This document shows, piece by piece, positions 59,351 through 64,000 of a stretch of DNA of 64,000 nt; within the stretch, counting starts at the first letter, position 1; each line of letters begins with the position of its first letter. The stretch lies in assembly GCA_000092065.1 (NCBI GenBank), contig CP000590.1; one strand, 5' to 3'. The stretch comes from Ostreococcus lucimarinus (taxonomy: Eukaryota). The notes beneath the pieces are model-generated. The model did not search any database and was not told the origin of the DNA. It was given only the letters and a program-made list of their open reading frames with translations. The translations under genes were made by a program, and so were the position numbers.

Positions 59351-62300
59351 TCACGCTGTCGCGGGATTCACAACCAGCGAAGCGGTTTCTTTCGGGTCCC
59401 ACGCCATCGCGCCCTTCGCCTTCAAGCCCACGAATCCGAGAGGGATGTCACTCGGCATACCGTCCACGTCGAGCGCGGCCGCGCACTTCTTCGCGCTCGC
59501 GCCGATCAACTGCACGCGAAGCTCGTCGCCGGCGTGATCGCAGAGCGTCACGAACAACATGTCAAACTTCTTCCCAGTCTTTGGATTCTCTTTCACAGCC
59601 ACTCCGTTCGCGGGCTCGCGCTTGATGAGTTGCCCGATGACGTTTATCGACGTCCCCGGCGGCTTGCTTGCGATCGAGGCAAACGCGCACGGTTCCGCCG
59701 CCCCTGCGGGCCACGCCGCTTGGGGAATTTCCAAACGCTTCGCGGCGGGCGTCGGCGGCGCCGACAACGGTACGGTGTTCTCTTTTGAACTGTGCTGAAT
59801 GAGCCCGACGCCCGCCCAAAGATCGTTCACGTGAGAAACGAGCGCGCGTCTGGCGTGCGATTCTTTCCTCTTCATGGCCGCTTTGATGGGCGACAAGACG
59901 TGCGTCTTTACGAGCCGCGTCGCCGCGGGTGTCGAAATCGCGAAGGCTGATATAAACTTGAGCGCGGCCACAGCCGTGGCCGTCGGCGACGCTTGCTCGA
60001 CGTCAGTTTCTCGCGCATCGGCCAAAGTTTCCACCGGTGGCTTGAACGAGCGGTAAACTTCCTCCAAAGCGTGCGTCGTCGCAGACGGCGTCGCGCCCAA
60101 CACGCCTCGCAGCCGGCGACCGGCGGCGTTGCGATCCATCTCGCTGAGTGGCATGAAGCCCTTGCTTTGCTCTGCGCCACCGAGCGCGTATGCGATTTCA
60201 CCGATCGCCGCTCGCATTATCGCGATGAAGAAGACGTTTTCGGGCTCCGTAGATGCCACCACATCGCCGTCGACGCGCGCCGTGAGATCTGGATGGTGCG
60301 TCACTGCGTCGATGAGTAAGCGATAGAGCGCTGCACGAATACTCGTATCCGATGTTGAAATCGGTGGCGGTGCCGCACTTTTACCGATGGCGACCGCAGG
60401 TGGCTGAAGCGCGTCCAAAATCGACGGCATAAGCGCTCGCAGCCACGTGGCTTCAGAACTCTTCTTCGTCAAAAGCGCGAGCGCGAGCGCCCATCCCTTC
60501 GCGGCTTGCGTGCCAGCTTTGCTCGACGCCGTGTATCTCGCGCGCTCTATCGATCGTTTTGCGCACGAGGTGATGACGAACTCGCGAAGCGCGACGACCT
60601 TTTCGCTGGCAATTCCTAAACTCACGTGCAAAGAATCGGTGGCGTCGAGCGCCGCCCAAATGGCGCCGATGGCGTCGTCGGCATCCGTCGCTCGCGGTCG
60701 TTCCATCGTCTCGTGCAATATCGCGACAAGCGTCGTCAGCATTGTGACGTCGCGGGGATCAAACTTCAAGGCGACCGTCAGCATAGCGTGCGCCAATGTT
60801 TCAGCGCGAGCTTCCGATTGACGCCCACCTCTCGTCGAGCTCAACTCCACCGTCTTGCAAAGCATGGGCACGAGTTTTGGCGGCGGTGGCGCCAAGAAAG
60901 CGTCCGACAGATGAGACACCGCCGTCGTGAGAATCAAAGCACTCGCACCCATGAATGCACTTTCACTGTGCTTTCCCCGAACTTCGGCTTCGCGACACGG
61001 GAGCGCATCCCAGAAGGCGTTCGACGCGGCGACGGCTGATACTCGAACCTTGGGCGAAACCGCCGTCGTCGCCGCCTGGTGCAGCACTTCCGCCACCCAA
61101 CGCGCGCGCTTGTGTAACGATGCGTTGTCCGACTTGTCGCACCCTTCCAGCTTTTCGCTCGCAGGGAAAGCGGGGAACAAAATGGGATGTCGTTTCGCGG
61201 CTCTGGTGATTCTCGCGCGGGCTCGACTGATGCCGGTCGCGCCAGATTCCCCGGCGGCGGGATCCATCGTCGCAAGGACCCACAACTTTAGAAGTGGGGC
61301 ACCGATACCGCCGTAATAAATCGGCGTGACGTCGAGTAATCGTGAATAAAGTCGATACGCGAACGCTCGATACGGCGCGCCTGCCAACCGCCAAAAAGTT
61401 GCCGGCGTGTGCGGAGCCACGACGGCTGTCTCCGCTTGGCTCCACGTCCAAACGCCAGACCGAAGCAGCAGGGCGATGAGCCGAGCCGAGCCTTCGATAG
61501 CCGCTCGCGTGACTCCAGAACCACCAACAGTTGTCACTGGCGAGTTCGAGCGCGCCGGGAAATCTAGAGCGAGTAAATTCGAAAGCGCCGGCCATATGTG
61601 TTCGCTCGCATTCTTAGCCAAAGCCAACGTCTCGGGTGATTTTGGATCTCCCCAATCACGCGTGGCCGCGGTGACGGCGGCGGCGATCAAACGTAGCGCT
61701 TGCTTCCTCAATTTAACTTTGAACGGATAGCTCGGGTCGAGAAACGCAGCGAGCGTCGGGCAGAAGAGCTCTTCGCGGCCCGCCAAAGGTGGTCCTCGCA
61801 CAGATCGACGAAGCGCAGCCATGGATGCGTACAGCAAAACGTGCGCCGCTTCGAGTCTTTCCAGCAAAAGCAGGGCGACTTGGTCTTCTTTAGTCGTCTG
61901 ATTTTCGCCCTCGGCATCGACAGCTGCAAGTTCGTGGATCGATGCTTGAATATACGTCGGTAATTCCGGTGGCGTTTCGCCCGACTTGGCTTGTATGTAT
62001 TCGCGAATCATGCAATACTCCTGACCGAGCTCAGCCAAGAGCGTGAGCAACTGAATGAGCGACTCGCCGACGTGGACACCCTGATACGCCGCGTGATCAC
62101 TACAGCGCAGTAGCGCCCTGAGCACGACGGCGCGCGCAGTACTTTGATGCGCGCGAAACGTTTCTGGATCTGCGAGCGTCTCTCGCGCGTCGGAAATTAT
62201 TTGTAAACCTGCGGGCGTCCTCGGCGCAACGCGAGCGATGCGCACGACGAGGGCGCAAAACGCTCGCAGCTCGCTCTCGTCGACCACAATACCAGAGTCT

Positions 62301-63859
62301 GTCTCGACCATTGCGCCGCGAAGGGCTTGGTTGGAGCACACCAACGCGTCCCTGAACTGAAACTCATCTCGCGCCCCGTCTCGAAGGTCACGCAAAATTT
62401 GCGCGCACGCGCCTTCACCCTGCGCGGCGCGAGTTTCCTCGTCCTCTTCTTGCGCGGCGGCGTGTACGGCGCGGCTCTGTGCAGCCTCAACGACTTCCGG
62501 ATTGACTGTCGCAAACTGTTCCGCTTCAGTCGGTCTGGGAACTCGTCGACGACGACGACGACGCGCCGTCGGCGGCGCGACGTCGCCCTGTCGAACGACG
62601 ACTGTCTCGCCGTACTCTGTCGTGTGCGTCGCCACGCCAGGACGCGACGTCGATGGCTCGCGCGTTCTGCGTTCAATCCGATCTCCGTCGTCTTCGTGCA
62701 CGGCATCAACGACGTGACGTTGTTCCCGAGGTACGTGAACAAAGTCTGCGCCAGACGCGCCTTCGTCGTCGGAACGCCACTCTTCGTCCTCGCGGCGATC
62801 AGGAGCGGGTCCATAATCCGTCCGCGCGCGCTTCTGTTTTGGCACACGTTGCGCGACCGACCCTTCGCGCGCCGTCGACGTCGCCGCGTAGGATCGAACG
62901 TGCCCGGTGACGTGATCCGAACGCGGCGGCGCTGCGACCATCGCGACGTCGACCGGCTCGGCATCGCGCGCGACGACGTCCGGCGTGGTGGCAGTTTCGA
63001 CATCACCCTCGCTGTCGGAAGAATTCAACTCAGAACCATCTGAACTTCCATAGCCATCTAGTTGCTGCGCGCCGACGCGGGCACCGCGAGTACCGCGCGC
63101 CCTAGATCGACCGCCGCGTCGCCGCGCGTTCGAGCCGGTTTCGGCGGCTTCGGCGGCGCCGTCGGATTGATCGCCTTCGTCGTCACCATCGGCGCCTCGA
63201 TCCCCATCGGTAACGAGATCACCGAACGCCGCGCGCACACTCGCCGCGACTTTTGCGCGCAAGGCGATGGCTTGCGCCTCTTTGTTCGAGCGCGCGCCGA
63301 AGAGTCCCGGAATGGTGCCGCGACCGCTTCCGCCGCCGCCACCCGCCGCGGCGGGATCACGCTGTCTTCGCTGCCGTTCCGTGTACGCCGCGGGCAAGTC
63401 CAACATCGGCGGTGCGTCTCGCCCACTCACGATGGCGGTCGTGATCAAGTAATGCGCCACCGACGGCCACCCGTACGCCAAAGCCTCGCCCGTCAACTGT
63501 TGCGTCGGGAACAAATTCCGCTTCGCCCGCAAGCAATTCGCCCCGCTACAATTGCATATATCCCGACACACCGGACACCGCCACTCCGCATCCGCCATCG
63601 CCTCGTCCAAATTTTCCCCCACGCGCATCTCCAGGCACCACCCGCACCACGTCCCTCGCCCCCGTCCTCCCTCCGGCGCTCTCCGCCACGTTCCGCACAC
63701 GCACGTCGTCTTCGCGTCCGTCGTCTTTTGTCTACAAAAGTGGCACGTCGTGCACTCTCGACACCCCGCGTCGTGCACGTCCTTGCACCACGTCTTACTC
63801 CCGCGCGCGTCTCGTCGCCACCGTCGCTCGCACCCGTACAACCGATCGTAGTGCGACAT
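59351..63859 (-). CDS. Large CDCA7-type (zf-4CXXC_R1) zinc-finger protein (1502 aa) fused to a long helical (ARM/HEAT-like) region.
   Basis: N-terminal Cys pattern: CRECTTCHFCRQKTTDAKTTCVCG...WCGWCLEMRVGENLDEAMADAEWRCPVCRDICNCSGANC. This matches the CDCA7/JPO1 zinc finger. It is followed by an acidic/Arg-rich linker and ~1000 aa of helical repeats. Confidence 0.55.
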   Translation of the reverse strand: MSHYDRLYGCERRWRRDARGSKTWCKDVHDAGCRECTTCHFCRQKTTDAKTTCVCGTWRRAPEGGRGRGTWCGWCLEMRVGENLDEAMADAEWRCPVCRDICNCSGANCLRAKRNLFPTQQLTGEALAYGWPSVAHYLITTAIVSGRDAPPMLDLPAAYTERQRRQRDPAAAGGGGGSGRGTIPGLFGARSNKEAQAIALRAKVAASVRAAFGDLVTDGDRGADGDDEGDQSDGAAEAAETGSNARRRGGRSRARGTRGARVGAQQLDGYGSSDGSELNSSDSEGDVETATTPDVVARDAEPVDVAMVAAPPRSDHVTGHVRSYAATSTAREGSVAQRVPKQKRARTDYGPAPDRREDEEWRSDDEGASGADFVHVPREQRHVVDAVHEDDGDRIERRTREPSTSRPGVATHTTEYGETVVVRQGDVAPPTARRRRRRRVPRPTEAEQFATVNPEVVEAAQSRAVHAAAQEEDEETRAAQGEGACAQILRDLRDGARDEFQFRDALVCSNQALRGAMVETDSGIVVDESELRAFCALVVRIARVAPRTPAGLQIISDARETLADPETFRAHQSTARAVVLRALLRCSDHAAYQGVHVGESLIQLLTLLAELGQEYCMIREYIQAKSGETPPELPTYIQASIHELAAVDAEGENQTTKEDQVALLLLERLEAAHVLLYASMAALRRSVRGPPLAGREELFCPTLAAFLDPSYPFKVKLRKQALRLIAAAVTAATRDWGDPKSPETLALAKNASEHIWPALSNLLALDFPARSNSPVTTVGGSGVTRAAIEGSARLIALLLRSGVWTWSQAETAVVAPHTPATFWRLAGAPYRAFAYRLYSRLLDVTPIYYGGIGAPLLKLWVLATMDPAAGESGATGISRARARITRAAKRHPILFPAFPASEKLEGCDKSDNASLHKRARWVAEVLHQAATTAVSPKVRVSAVAASNAFWDALPCREAEVRGKHSESAFMGASALILTTAVSHLSDAFLAPPPPKLVPMLCKTVELSSTRGGRQSEARAETLAHAMLTVALKFDPRDVTMLTTLVAILHETMERPRATDADDAIGAIWAALDATDSLHVSLGIASEKVVALREFVITSCAKRSIERARYTASSKAGTQAAKGWALALALLTKKSSEATWLRALMPSILDALQPPAVAIGKSAAPPPISTSDTSIRAALYRLLIDAVTHHPDLTARVDGDVVASTEPENVFFIAIMRAAIGEIAYALGGAEQSKGFMPLSEMDRNAAGRRLRGVLGATPSATTHALEEVYRSFKPPVETLADARETDVEQASPTATAVAALKFISAFAISTPAATRLVKTHVLSPIKAAMKRKESHARRALVSHVNDLWAGVGLIQHSSKENTVPLSAPPTPAAKRLEIPQAAWPAGAAEPCAFASIASKPPGTSINVIGQLIKREPANGVAVKENPKTGKKFDMLFVTLCDHAGDELRVQLIGASAKKCAAALDVDGMPSDIPLGFVGLKAKGAMAWDPKETASLVVNPATA

Positions 63860-64000
63860 CGTGTAGTGTTCCCTCGTCTCGCCCTGCGCCGCGCGCAGCG
63901 CCGCGAGTTCGGGTCCGATCGTCCCGACGCGCGCGCCCTCGCGCGTCGTCGTCGCCGTCGTCGCCGACGCGCTCGCGATTCGCGACGCCGCCGCGTCGCG

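Noticed and set aside
1-64000. Interpretation as a prokaryotic island: operons, defence systems, CRISPR, prophage.
   Set aside because: There are spliced genes with GT-AG introns. The protein families are eukaryote-specific (TAF5, Nup155, MIS12, TEX261, kinesin-13, eIF3j, ICln, filamin, Eps15-like). There are organellar targeting peptides and a PTS1. No CRISPR-like direct repeats with spacers occur; the tandem repeats are microsatellites or coding duplications. No transposase, integrase, RT or capsid genes were recognised.

Overview
This 64-kb window is very GC-rich (roughly 65-70% GC, CpG-dense) nuclear DNA from a compact, intron-poor eukaryote; it is not a prokaryotic locus. It is most likely a photosynthetic green-lineage picoalga (Mamiellophyceae, Micromonas-like), judging by Psb27-like and FKBP lumenal proteins that carry a stromal transit peptide plus a twin-arginine lumen signal and no ER signal peptide. 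I recognise about 33 protein-coding genes on both strands, roughly one per 2 kb. Spacers are often under 200 bp, and convergent stop codons sit as close as 15 bp. Only three introns were found, in two genes; all are GT-AG and 190-210 nt long. The supplied ORF track uses bacterial alternative starts (GTG/TTG shown as M), so several starts were moved to the first in-frame ATG by codon counting. Hand-derived splice sites and ATGs may be off by 1-3 nt. Most long ORFs on the antisense or alternate frames (Arg/Ala-rich) are artefacts of GC3-skewed codon usage. Recognisable genes include the following.
- A 5'-truncated giant filamin-repeat protein (>2458 aa) with an internal MgtE_N/FliG-like helical repeat array.
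- An R2R3-MYB, a PDCD2/TSR4-like protein, a three-exon Nup155 whose two AT-rich introns each hold a box C/D snoRNA candidate, and a Ran-binding-domain protein.
- ICln, a RidA homologue, and a head-to-head peroxisomal ALDH10 aminoaldehyde dehydrogenase and mitochondrial GABA transaminase pair.
- Mitochondrial ribosomal S5, a CofD/YvcK-like protein, eIF3j, Ipi1/TEX10, a Psb27-like protein, a thylakoid-lumen FKBP, and ATP synthase subunit g.
- A Toprim-domain protein, TAF5, TEX261 (two exons), a MIS12-like protein, an SLC17/PHT4-like MFS transporter and a GT2 glycosyltransferase.
- An Eps15-like EH-domain protein with a 129-bp near-perfect tandem duplication, a CIA30 protein, and a kinesin-13 with a C-terminal SAM-like domain.
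- An APT/LYPLA-type hydrolase, prenyltransferase alpha subunit, a RING-H2 protein, and a 1502-aa CDCA7-type zinc-finger protein.
No CRISPR arrays, transposons, tRNAs, rRNAs or prokaryote-style defence islands were found. The novelty candidates are unusual eukaryotic architectures and arrangements rather than a gene cluster.
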